A stretch of DNA of 64,000 nt from assembly GCA_034439475.1 (NCBI GenBank), contig JAWXAN010000070.1, positions 26,906 through 90,905 on the forward strand, in the 5' to 3' direction. A model generated the notes under the pieces. It worked only from the letters and a program-made list of their open reading frames with translations. It had not been told where the DNA came from and did no database searches. A program made the position numbers and the translations under genes. The stretch is from Candidatus Zixiibacteriota bacterium. Lineage in GTDB: Bacteria; Zixibacteria; MSB-5A5; GN15; FEB-12. Shown piece after piece: positions 26,807-35,925 of the stretch (position 1 is its first letter; every line of letters begins with the position of its first letter).

Positions 26807-26888
26807 TCCTATACCCTCTTCAAGCCTGCCAAAACATCATAAAAGTATTTCTCCTATAGCCTTCTATTTCGTATAATAGCAACAGACT

Positions 26889-28991
26889 TTGAGCTTTGTA
26901 ATACAAAGGGAAAATTGTTTGAAGCAGGCAGTTGAAACATCGCACTCGCACACAAATCGGCTCATCAGCGAAAACTCCCCGTATCTGCTGTCGCATGCTC
27001 ACAATCCTGTCGACTGGTACCCTTGGGGATCTGAAGCGCTCTCCCGGGCCAAGGCGGAGAACAAGCCGATCTTTCTCTCTATTGGCTACGCTGCCTGTCA
27101 TTGGTGTCACGTCATGGAGCGCGAGTCGTTTGAAAATCCTGAAATTGCCGAGATAATGAATCGTCTTTTTATAAGCATCAAAGTCGACCGTGAGCAGAGG
27201 CCCGATTTGGATCACATATACATGTCGTTCACCACAGCTATGACCGGACAGGGCGGATGGCCGATGTCTGTTTTTCTGACGCCGCAACTCAAACCCTTTT
27301 TTGCCGGGACCTATTTCCCACCGGATGATAGGTATGGCCGGCCGGGGTTCAAGAAAGTACTTACTGAACTTGGGCAGGCATACGGTGACCAAGCCGGGCA
27401 AATTATCGAGTCGTCTGAGGAGATTTTTGCGGAGGTCGAACGACACCTCTCTTCAACCGCCGAACCGACTTTACTAACCAAAGATGTGATAGCTTCCGGT
27501 GTGAAGCAATTGATTGGCACAATTGACCATCAATATGGCGGGTTTGGAACAGCGCCAAAGTTTCCTCATTCAGTCGAATTATCACTATTTCTCAGGCACT
27601 ATCGCGCGTCCGGCGATCTTAGTTATCTGCAAGCCGCACAGAAAGCGCTTGTAGGAATGGGGCAAGGCGGAATCTATGATCATATCGGCGGGGGATTTTC
27701 ACGGTATTCGGTCGATGCAATGTGGCTCGTTCCGCATTTTGAGAAAATGCTCTATGATAACGCTCTACTGGTGACGACCTACGTCGAAGCCTTTCAAATC
27801 ACGGGCATAGATTTTTATCGCACAATAGTGTGTGGCGTTCTTGATTTTATCCTGCAAGAGATGACAGACTCGTCGGGCGGCTTTTATTCCGCGCTCGATG
27901 CAGACAGCGAAGGCGAAGAAGGAAAATTCTATGTTTGGTCGGCCGATGAAATCAAAAGTATCCTCGGAGCGGACGCCGACCTCTTCATGCAATATTATAA
28001 TGTTACACAGGAGGGGAATTTCGAAGGACTCAATATCCTTAACATCAATCTGAACTCGGAAAATGTGCGGGAGTCGTGTGGCTTGACGCCTGACGCATTT
28101 ATTGAAAAAATTGCGGAGTGCAGGTACAAACTATTTGAAGCGCGCGCCAAGCGTATTCGACCGTTGACCGATGACAAGATTTTGACTTCATGGAACGGAC
28201 TCGCGCTCTCGGCTTTCTGCAAGGGGTACCAAATAACCTCAGAAACGCGCTACCTCGATGCCGCAATTGCCAATGCCGAATTTGTTTCCAAAAAGCTGCA
28301 TCGCGACGGGAGGCTGACTCATTCCTTTCGAGAAGGCATTCATTCCGAAGGGCAGTTTCTCGAAGACTATGCCTACTATCTCCGCGGCCTGATTGATTTG
28401 TATGAGAGCGACATCAAAGACAACACAAAGTGGCTTGCATTTGCCCGACAGCTTGCCGATAGCGCCCTCGAGCTATTCATGGACGAAGGCGGTAATCTCT
28501 ACCTGCGCGAAGCAAACCAAGCCGATCTGATTGTCCGTCCTAAGGAAGAAAATGATTCTGCACTTCCGGCCCCGGGGTCGTTTTTTATTGAAGCTCTTTT
28601 GAAACTGAATCGCATAACAGGCGAACAAAAGTATCTATCGGCGGCAGAAAATGGACTGAGAAAGCTTTCCGGCAAAATGGCCAAATATCCATCTGCGTTT
28701 TCGTCGGCCCTGCTCGCGCTGGACTACTGGCTTGGCGATAAAATTGAAATAGTTCTGGTCGGCAACTCAGCTGACGCATACGAAATGCGTCAAGAAGTTT
28801 ATCGCCGGTATCTACCACACAAGGTGTTGTCAATGGCATTCGGCGACAAAGCCCAGCTCACATCATCGCCGCTCTTTGAAGGACGGCTGCCGACTAAGGG
28901 CAGGACCACAGCGTATGTTTGCCGCAATAGTACCTGTGAACTTCCTGTCACCGACCTTGAAGCTTTCAAAGCACAACTAAATAATCTCTGA
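26889..28991 (+). CDS. Thioredoxin-domain protein of the YyaL/SSP411 (DUF255 plus six-hairpin) family
   Basis: [69 protein letters not shown] is the family hallmark. Total length is 700 aa. The start is uncertain: the ORF-track start is TTG and there is no nearby ATG. Confidence 0.9.
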   Translation: MSFVIQRENCLKQAVETSHSHTNRLISENSPYLLSHAHNPVDWYPWGSEALSRAKAENKPIFLSIGYAACHWCHVMERESFENPEIAEIMNRLFISIKVDREQRPDLDHIYMSFTTAMTGQGGWPMSVFLTPQLKPFFAGTYFPPDDRYGRPGFKKVLTELGQAYGDQAGQIIESSEEIFAEVERHLSSTAEPTLLTKDVIASGVKQLIGTIDHQYGGFGTAPKFPHSVELSLFLRHYRASGDLSYLQAAQKALVGMGQGGIYDHIGGGFSRYSVDAMWLVPHFEKMLYDNALLVTTYVEAFQITGIDFYRTIVCGVLDFILQEMTDSSGGFYSALDADSEGEEGKFYVWSADEIKSILGADADLFMQYYNVTQEGNFEGLNILNINLNSENVRESCGLTPDAFIEKIAECRYKLFEARAKRIRPLTDDKILTSWNGLALSAFCKGYQITSETRYLDAAIANAEFVSKKLHRDGRLTHSFREGIHSEGQFLEDYAYYLRGLIDLYESDIKDNTKWLAFARQLADSALELFMDEGGNLYLREANQADLIVRPKEENDSALPAPGSFFIEALLKLNRITGEQKYLSAAENGLRKLSGKMAKYPSAFSSALLALDYWLGDKIEIVLVGNSADAYEMRQEVYRRYLPHKVLSMAFGDKAQLTSSPLFEGRLPTKGRTTAYVCRNSTCELPVTDLEAFKAQLNNL

Positions 28992-29130
28992 TTGTCAATT
29001 CCCGAAATTCTTTCAACTCGCGCTTGGATAAAATCTACAGTATATTTGCGATTGTGCGATTGAATGAGAGTAATAAACACCGTGACATAAGTGTGACCAC
29101 GAAACAAACAATGAAGCTATAACGGATTAT

Positions 29131-30504
29131 ATGGAGACTATGTTGACCTATGAAACAGTCGCCTCTGGCGATGGCTACTCAATCACTCAATTTACTGATG
29201 AGCCTTTGTCGCATTATTCATATGCCATACTCGGCGAGCAGATGGCAATAATTGACCCGTCACGTGACGCGCAGACATATATCCAATTCGCCGCCAGTCA
29301 TGATATTCCTATTACCGCCATAATCGAAACTCACCCCCATGCTGATTTTGTCAGCGGCCATCTTGAGATAGCCAAGTTGTCTGGAGCGAAGATTTATGCA
29401 AGCAAACTTATGTCGCCGGAATTTCCCTTTGTCCCTTTCGATGAAGGAGATGTTTTATCGCTTGGCTCGGTCACGCTGCATGCCTTGAACACACCCGGCC
29501 ACTCTCCGGACAGCATTACCGTTTTGTTAAAGAACAGGTTTGTCCAGACCGTGGCGGTTTTCACTGGTGATACCCTTTTTATTGGCGATGTCGGACGGCC
29601 CGATTTGCGCGAGTCTGTAGGAGCGATAACCGCCGAGCGAAAGCAACTTGCCCGGCAGATGTTCCATTCGACCAGAACAAAACTTATGAACTTGCCGAAC
29701 AGCGCGCTCGTATTTCCCGCGCATGGAGCCGGCAGTCTGTGCGGGAAAAATTTGAGCAAAGATCATTACAGCACGATTGAACGTGAACTCAAAACCAATT
29801 ACGCTCTGCAGCCGATGAGCGAGGATAGGTTTGTCGAACTGCTCACCGCCGATCAGCCTTTTGTCCCGAAATATTTCTCATATAATGTGAATTTGAACAA
29901 ACAAGGAGTGTCCGGGTTGGCTCGTGCGGCGCGGGATGTTCGTGTTGTCAATGACAAAAGCTTATTGGAGCCAGGCATACCAATCGTCGATGCCCGAACA
30001 CGTGAGCAATTCGAAGCCGGACATCTCACCGGGGCGATACATATTCCGTCCAATTCCCGATTTGAAACTTGGCTGGGGTCGATCATTGCGCCCACGGAAT
30101 CATTTTACGTAGTCATTGAAAATATTTTTGAAAAAAAGTCGATATTTGCCCGAATCTCCAAGATAGGATATGAAGTGAATCTCAAAGCTTTCATCTCAGG
30201 TCTTGATGCTGATATCAAGAGCCCGGGATTCAGTATTTCCAAAATTGCGGACGATGCTTCAGCGTTTACCATAGTCGATGTTCGAAACCCATCCGAAGTC
30301 CGTTTAGGAAAAGCATTTGAAAACAGCATTTCCATACCCCTCTATGAACTGCGCGAGCGAGTGCATGAAATCCCCCAAGGAAAGCCGATAGTTGTCCATT
30401 GCGCCGGCGGTTCGCGATCGACAACAGCCGCGAGCATAATTAGCGGCCTGCGCAGTGAACCTGTCTATGATATGAAAGAATCAGTGTGTCAATTTTTACC
30501 ATAA
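29131..30504 (+). CDS. Metallo-beta-lactamase-fold hydrolase fused to rhodanese domains (persulfide-dioxygenase/sulfurtransferase-like)
   Basis: It has the MBL motifs IIETHPHADFVSGH and NTPGHSPDS. The C-terminal rhodanese domain has the active-site loop VVHCAGGSRS. Confidence 0.8.
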   Translation: METMLTYETVASGDGYSITQFTDEPLSHYSYAILGEQMAIIDPSRDAQTYIQFAASHDIPITAIIETHPHADFVSGHLEIAKLSGAKIYASKLMSPEFPFVPFDEGDVLSLGSVTLHALNTPGHSPDSITVLLKNRFVQTVAVFTGDTLFIGDVGRPDLRESVGAITAERKQLARQMFHSTRTKLMNLPNSALVFPAHGAGSLCGKNLSKDHYSTIERELKTNYALQPMSEDRFVELLTADQPFVPKYFSYNVNLNKQGVSGLARAARDVRVVNDKSLLEPGIPIVDARTREQFEAGHLTGAIHIPSNSRFETWLGSIIAPTESFYVVIENIFEKKSIFARISKIGYEVNLKAFISGLDADIKSPGFSISKIADDASAFTIVDVRNPSEVRLGKAFENSISIPLYELRERVHEIPQGKPIVVHCAGGSRSTTAASIISGLRSEPVYDMKESVCQFLP

Positions 30505-30548
30505 AGCGTATGCGCTTCCAACCTTTGTGTAGAAAGCTTGATTTGTGT

Positions 30549-31070
30549 ATGAAACATCTTTGTCTAGCCTTGGTCTGTGGTCTTGCGCTCGCTGGCTGCG
30601 GACCTAAGAAAATCGAAAATGTTGCGGTAAAATGGACTCCTTACAGCGAAGTGGCGAGTAGTTTCCCTGCCTACAGCAAACCGATCTTCTTATATGTCAA
30701 TCAATCCCATTGCGAGCACTGCGAGAAAATGCAGGACACAATTTTTACCCGCCCTGAAGTGGCATGGTTTCTCAATGAGAATTTTACGTCAGTGAATGTT
30801 AATGTCGACACCGATCTGCCGATTGTTATCCAGGGCACACAATATGACTATGCCGGCTTTTGGAATCTGCTCAATATTGAAGGATTACCCACATACTATT
30901 TTTTTGACAGCACGGGGAAAGTCAATGGCCTGCTTCATGGCGCGCAGGATGTGCGAACCTTCAAACGTCTGCTGGTGTATGTGAAAAATAACCACTTTTA
31001 TAAGACTCCGTGGCTTGACTGGCTCAAGACTGAAGAGGCCAACCTGGATACGCTGCCGGGAATTTTTTAA
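30549..31070 (+). CDS. Thioredoxin-fold lipoprotein (CxxC)
   Basis: MKHLCLALVCGLALAGCGP contains a lipobox (LAGC). YVNQSHCEHCEKMQ provides the CxxC motif in a thioredoxin-like context. The ORF-track start at 30486 adds an implausible leader. Confidence 0.65.
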   Translation: MKHLCLALVCGLALAGCGPKKIENVAVKWTPYSEVASSFPAYSKPIFLYVNQSHCEHCEKMQDTIFTRPEVAWFLNENFTSVNVNVDTDLPIVIQGTQYDYAGFWNLLNIEGLPTYYFFDSTGKVNGLLHGAQDVRTFKRLLVYVKNNHFYKTPWLDWLKTEEANLDTLPGIF

Positions 31071-31074
31071 GACG

Positions 31075-31419
31075 CGAAGAGACTGGGGCCGCTGTCAGCG
31101 GATAGCAATCTCCTGTTTGTTCTATTCCGTCAGGTCTTGCCTTTGGCTAAGCGCAGAGAAGACAAAGGTGTGACCTGACGGTCACTTGGTGCGCGGCGAG
31201 AGCAATCTCTTGTTTGTTTTTCTTTGTCATCCCAGCGAAAGGTCGCTGTGCTGACGCAGAATAAGGAATTGCTGAACCGCAAGGGTTCAGCGCTACAAGA
31301 TAATGAAATATGAGATTGCCACGCCCCGATAGGAATCGGGGCCCGCAATGACGGTGTTGAAAATTTCTCCTTTGAATCTTGTACCACACTCCGCCGTGGC
31401 GGAGTGACCGACCCCCCAT
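31075..31419. repeat. Mosaic intergenic hairpin-repeat cluster 3
   Basis: Contains two direct AGCAATCTCYTGTTTGTT units (31104-31121 and 31201-31218) and GACGGTCACTTGGTGCGCG (31177-31195). It also holds an inverted GGCAATCTCAT unit (31310-31354) and an inverted GTGTGGTACAAG unit (31378-31409). Confidence 0.8.
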
Positions 31420-32229
31420 TCAGCGTATCCTTCGCGCCACAAAACAGACTCTGGTAGACTTATTATTCGGTCGTTCGAGCGTAAAGCAATTGTAGATTCC
31501 TCTTACATGGAAACCAGCAACCGCCAGCAATTGTTTTATTCGACTGTTCGGATATGCGCATTCTGTATGCAGTTCTTCGAAACGCTCCCAAGAACCGGCT
31601 TGTCTGTAAAAGAATGTCGTATTGCAGGTCGCTATGCCCGTCACGGCATCAAATCTGTTCTGCCAAAACCAGGCAATGTCATCTTTGACGCCGCTCCAGT
31701 TGGTATTGTTCCAGATAGTAGCCAAAGCGTGAGGAGTGTTCATATCAAAAATAAAATAACCGTCGGCCTGAAGATGCCTGTACACTGCTCTGAATGTTTT
31801 GAGCAACTCCTTCTCGGTCAGGAGATAATTGAGCGCGTCATAAAACGATGTAATCAGATCAAAACGGGCAGTCTGAACTTTGTTATTTCTCTGGCGCGGT
31901 TGTAACTCAGAAATTGCTACATGAGGAAGCCGTTGACAGTAAAGCGGGATTTCGCGGCCAAGGAGCTTCTCATCCGCTCGGTCAAGCATCTCCTGGCTTC
32001 CATCAAGCCCGCTCATCTGGATCCCGCGCTGATCAAAGAGTTTGAGCGCTGTTCCGGTTCCACAGCAGAGATCCAGACATGTGGAAACATCCTTTTCAAA
32101 AACGGAAAGTAAAAGCATGGTATAATCGACCATTGCGATAGAATGTTTATCGGCTCCCATTTTGTCATAGACATCGGCAAAGCGAGAATAGGCCGCATAC
32201 GAAGAAACCTTTTTTATCGTTTTGCCCAT
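31420..32229 (-). CDS. Class I SAM-dependent methyltransferase
   Basis: 269 aa with the SAM-binding motif I CLDLCCGTGTALKLF and the post-I acidic residue (SGLDGS). Confidence 0.85.
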   Translation of the reverse strand: MGKTIKKVSSYAAYSRFADVYDKMGADKHSIAMVDYTMLLLSVFEKDVSTCLDLCCGTGTALKLFDQRGIQMSGLDGSQEMLDRADEKLLGREIPLYCQRLPHVAISELQPRQRNNKVQTARFDLITSFYDALNYLLTEKELLKTFRAVYRHLQADGYFIFDMNTPHALATIWNNTNWSGVKDDIAWFWQNRFDAVTGIATCNTTFFYRQAGSWERFEELHTECAYPNSRIKQLLAVAGFHVRGIYNCFTLERPNNKSTRVCFVARRIR

Positions 32230-32424
32230 ATGTAAACCACTTTCAAGAAGGTGAACAAGAGTCCTTGTCCGGTTCTTTCCGTTTTAAGTTGACATGGTGA
32301 TTCGTTCAGAGCAATCATAGCAGAGAATTATTGAATCTTTATGCCGCGCGCAAGGCCTATTTATTCTCAAAGACCACGGTCGTTGAATATGGGCAGGGGC
32401 ACGGCATGCAGAGAAGGAGAGCTG

Positions 32425-32850
32425 ATGGAGACAATGTTTTGGATTTGGATGGCGGCGGCCGTGATATTTCTTATTCTTGAACTGCTCTTGCCGACGCTCT
32501 TCTTTGCCTGCTTTGCTGTGGGTGGTTTTGTGTCCGCCATCTATGCCCATTTTGCGGCAGATGAATATTACTGGCAGGTAGGAGTATTTATCATAGTCTC
32601 GGTTGCGCTGCTGCCATTGACCCGCCGATTTGCAAAACGCATCACCGTCGACCAGCCCGAGCACGCCAACATCGACAGAATGCGCGGCAAAATTGCCATT
32701 GTGGTTAAGGCGATTGACGCCGACAGCGGGGGACAAGTGAAATTTGAAGGTGAAGTCTGGAATGCGCGGGCGATGCAGAATATAGAAGAAAACGCCCGGG
32801 TGAAGATTGTGGATGTAACAGGCACACGGGTCAATGTGGAACGCGCATAG
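32425..32850 (+). CDS. NfeD-family membrane protein
   Basis: METMFWIWMAAAVIFLILELLLP... gives two or three TM segments, followed by a C-terminal OB-like domain (GKIAIVVKAID...GQVKFEGEVWNARA...VKIVDVTGTRVNVE). AGGAGA lies upstream of this ATG. It sits upstream of an SPFH gene, which is the classic pairing. Confidence 0.85.
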   Translation: METMFWIWMAAAVIFLILELLLPTLFFACFAVGGFVSAIYAHFAADEYYWQVGVFIIVSVALLPLTRRFAKRITVDQPEHANIDRMRGKIAIVVKAIDADSGGQVKFEGEVWNARAMQNIEENARVKIVDVTGTRVNVERA

Positions 32851-32890
32851 ATTGTATACTCGCGCAAAAAGATACGAAGGAGCTTAGGAA

Positions 32891-33850
32891 ATGAATCCGG
32901 TTATCATATTTCTCATAGTCGCGCTGGTCTTCTCTTTCATCATTGTCAGTTCATCAATTCGCATCATCCGTCCCTTTGAAAAGGGGCTGGTGGAGAGGCT
33001 GGGAAAATTTCAGCGTGTGCTCGACCCCGGGCTTAATATGATTCTCCCATTTTTTGACACGGTGCTGAAGGTGGATATGCGCGAAGTTGTCATCGAAGTT
33101 CCGCCGCAGTTGGTTATCACCCGTGACAATGTCAATGTCGAAGTCGACGGTATAATCTACTGCCAGGTGACCGATCCATTCCGGTCGCGTTATGAAATCA
33201 CAAACTACATCCAAGCCGCAACCAAACTTGCTCAGACAAATCTGAGAAATGTTGTCGGAGAAATAGACCTCGATGCCGTGCTCTCCTCGCGCGAACGGAT
33301 TAATTCCCAGCTTCGCGATGTAATGGATCAGGCGACCGATAAGTGGGGAGTTAAAGTCAATCGCATTGAACTACAGCGTATAGATCCACCGGTTGACATC
33401 ACCAACGCGATGAGCCGCCAAATGAAAGCTGAGCGGGACAAACGCGCGACCATTCTCGATGCCGAAGCTGTCAAGCAGGCTGATATAACTAAATCGGAAG
33501 GCTCAAAGCTTTCGCAAATTCTCGAAGCTGAAGGTTATTCTTCTGCGGTCAGGCTCAAAGCTGATGCCGAAAAATACCGACAGCTGGCCGTAGCCGAAGG
33601 CGAAGCTGGCGCTATCGCGAGCGTTTTCAATGCCATTCAGACCGCGAATCCCGACGAAAAGGTTATTACCCTTAAATACCTTGAGATGCTCCCCAAACTT
33701 GCCGAAGGCTCAGCCAATAAGATTTTCCTGCCCTATGAGGCAAGCGGCATCCTGTCATCACTTTCAGCCATGGTAGCCTCGGTTTCAAATAGTGGCGGCG
33801 GCCCGCAGCCATCGAATAGATTGCCCGGTGTCCCCAAAAATCCCGCGTAG
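32891..33850 (+). CDS. SPFH/band-7 (stomatin-like) protein
   Basis: 319 aa with an N-terminal TM segment and IRIIRPFEKGLVERLGKFQRVLDPGLNMILPFFD...ITRDNVNVEVDGIIYCQV, followed by a coiled-coil tail. Confidence 0.9.
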   Translation: MNPVIIFLIVALVFSFIIVSSSIRIIRPFEKGLVERLGKFQRVLDPGLNMILPFFDTVLKVDMREVVIEVPPQLVITRDNVNVEVDGIIYCQVTDPFRSRYEITNYIQAATKLAQTNLRNVVGEIDLDAVLSSRERINSQLRDVMDQATDKWGVKVNRIELQRIDPPVDITNAMSRQMKAERDKRATILDAEAVKQADITKSEGSKLSQILEAEGYSSAVRLKADAEKYRQLAVAEGEAGAIASVFNAIQTANPDEKVITLKYLEMLPKLAEGSANKIFLPYEASGILSSLSAMVASVSNSGGGPQPSNRLPGVPKNPA

Positions 33851-34033
33851 AAACGGATGTAGTTCTCAATTCATTTACTTTGTTTTCTCTCTGGTTGTAA
33901 CTTAAGGAACTGCGCACCTAAAACTGTATATAAGCCATAGACAATCGATATGAGTCGCGGTTGACTCTCTATTTTGTATTATTTGAACTTCTTCTACAGT
34001 TTGTTCTGTTTTGGGACGCATCTATGAACGTAT

Positions 34034-35536
34034 TTGACATTTGAACGGAAAGCAGTTACTTTCGCAAGTCACCTGCATAAAGAAAAGGACCAAGTGGAAA
34101 ACCAGGATCATGACATTCGAAAACCAGCAGTGGCTGGGACATTTTATCCTTCCAATCCGGTCGAGCTGACTAAGACGATTGCTGGATTTTACGCCGATGT
34201 CGACAAGGTCACGCTTGGCGGACGACCTATGGGTCTCATCGCTCCCCATTCCGGTTATCCATATTCTGGTAAGATTGCCGCGAAAGCATTCAAGCTTCTC
34301 GAAGGCGAGCACTTTGATACGGTGGTCATCGTCTCTCCCTCGCACACCGTTTTCTTTCAAGGTTCATCCATCTACGGCGGGGCGGGCTACCAGACCCCGA
34401 TTGGCGTCATTGAAACAGATATTGCGCTTGCCCAGAAAATTGCCGCTATTAATCCGAGCGCGGTTTACTTTTCGAATATGGGGCATTCAAGCGGCACAGC
34501 TCGCGGCGAACACTCACTCGAAGTACAGCTTCCATTCCTACAAATCGTACTCGGCAAATTCAAACTCGTCGCGATAGTTATGGGTGATCAGGACCCGGAC
34601 TCAGGCCGATTGCTCGGTGAGACACTCGCCGCCGCGCTCAAAGGCACGAATACATTGCTTGTTGCAAGTACCGATCTGTCGCACTTTCATGCTGAAAAAG
34701 AAGCGCGACGACTCGACTTTGCGGTTCAGGATGCCATCGAAAAATATGACACTCAGCTTCTAATCGATACCCTCGACAGCGGGAGAGGCGAAGCCTGCGG
34801 AGGCGGCGCAGTGGCCTCGGTAATGCTGGCATCCAAACGGCTCGGCGGAAGCACAGTCAAATTTCTTGACTATGGGACATCCGGCTCTGTAACCGGAGAT
34901 TTTGATGATGTTGTCGGCTATATGAGCGCGGCAATTGTCTCGGGTCGTCCTCCGGTTATGGAGAAGACTATTTTGGGCGCAATTCCTCTCCGAATAAAGG
35001 AAGCGAAAGACTTGACATCCGAGGACAAACGGCAAATTCGTGAGATCGCCCGAATGGCAATCGAAACGCGCGCCGACGGCAAATCATTTGTTCCGCCGCT
35101 GAGCGAGCGGCTCAATGTGCAATTCGGTCTGTTTATGCGCGTCCATGTCGATGACTCGGTCCATCTTCCGTATGGACGCATCCGGCCTGAGGGTACTATT
35201 TTGCATGCTTCGGCGGAGATTGCGCAGTTGGCGGCATTCGAAGACCCGCGCTATGACCCGCTCGCACCTGAGCAATTACAATCATACGGTCTTGATATCT
35301 ATGTTCTCTCGAAGCTTGAACGCTTGCGTGAATTTGATGATATCAAAATCGGCCGTGATGGACTCATGGTAAAGCTTGATATGCACTCCGCGCTCATGCT
35401 TCCGGTTGAAGCCGCGGATAAAAGCTGGACTGCAGGTGAATTTTTTGAGCAAGTCTGCCTCAAAGCTGGTCTTCCACGCGGCGCATATAAAGAACGCTAC
35501 GCCGAAGTGTATAAATTCACCACCGAAGTCTGCTGA
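34034..35536 (+). CDS. MEMO-family (AmmeMemoRadiSam protein B-like) fused to a divergent AMMECR1 domain
   Basis: The N-terminal half has RKPAVAGTFYPSNPVEL...GLIAPHSGYPYSG...VVIVSPSH, which is MEMO. The C-terminal half has GRDGLMVKLDMHSALMLPVEA..W..EFFEQVCLKAGLP, which is AMMECR1. The start is uncertain (TTG at 34034 or GTG at 34094). Confidence 0.75.
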   Translation: MTFERKAVTFASHLHKEKDQVENQDHDIRKPAVAGTFYPSNPVELTKTIAGFYADVDKVTLGGRPMGLIAPHSGYPYSGKIAAKAFKLLEGEHFDTVVIVSPSHTVFFQGSSIYGGAGYQTPIGVIETDIALAQKIAAINPSAVYFSNMGHSSGTARGEHSLEVQLPFLQIVLGKFKLVAIVMGDQDPDSGRLLGETLAAALKGTNTLLVASTDLSHFHAEKEARRLDFAVQDAIEKYDTQLLIDTLDSGRGEACGGGAVASVMLASKRLGGSTVKFLDYGTSGSVTGDFDDVVGYMSAAIVSGRPPVMEKTILGAIPLRIKEAKDLTSEDKRQIREIARMAIETRADGKSFVPPLSERLNVQFGLFMRVHVDDSVHLPYGRIRPEGTILHASAEIAQLAAFEDPRYDPLAPEQLQSYGLDIYVLSKLERLREFDDIKIGRDGLMVKLDMHSALMLPVEAADKSWTAGEFFEQVCLKAGLPRGAYKERYAEVYKFTTEVC

Positions 35537-35559
35537 AGACAATTCTATTCCAAAAATGA

Positions 35560-35850
35560 GTTTAGTCGGGCGGGTCTGCGGACAGACCTGCCGATTATTT
35601 CAATGTCATACCGGCGGAAGCCGATAACCAAATAACTCCACTATTAGTAGGTCAAGCTCTTTGTGATCCTGACTTCTCATTTTATGTCGGGCAGAGACGT
35701 CCGACGCCACAGAACAGCGGGCAGGCGCGGCAACCTCAGTTGATGTTCCGTCAGGTATTGGCTATATCGTTGCGTGAGCAAGGATATAGCCAATACCTGG
35801 ACGGTCACTTGGCGCGCGACAGGGTCACCGTCCTCTGTCGGTGGCGTCTC
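35560..35850. repeat. Mosaic intergenic hairpin-repeat cluster 4
   Basis: Contains the TAGGTCAA..GATCCTGAC unit (35643-35673) and the hairpin ATGTCGGGC-agaga-GTCCGACGCCAC (35684-35710). It also holds a 17-bp perfect-stem hairpin (35752-35768 / 35783-35799) and GACGGTCACTTGGCGCGCG (35800-35818). Confidence 0.8.
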
Positions 35851-35854
35851 ACAT

Positions 35855-35891
35855 AAAAAAACTGCCCGAACAATGCGTCCGGGCAGTTTTT
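35855..35891. terminator. Bidirectional rho-independent terminator
   Basis: A7-CTGCCCG-11 nt loop-CGGGCAG-T5. On the minus strand it sits 35 nt after the adhesin-like gene stop. Confidence 0.75.
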
Positions 35892-35925
35892 CATTTACCA
35901 GCAAAGGTTCTTGTTCAGAAAGAGA

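Noticed and set aside
26820-27446. 208-aa ORF on the minus strand
   Set aside because: It lies entirely antisense to the strongly supported YyaL/DUF255 thioredoxin-domain gene. It has no recognisable motifs and an Arg/Leu/Pro-rich composition typical of antisense frames.
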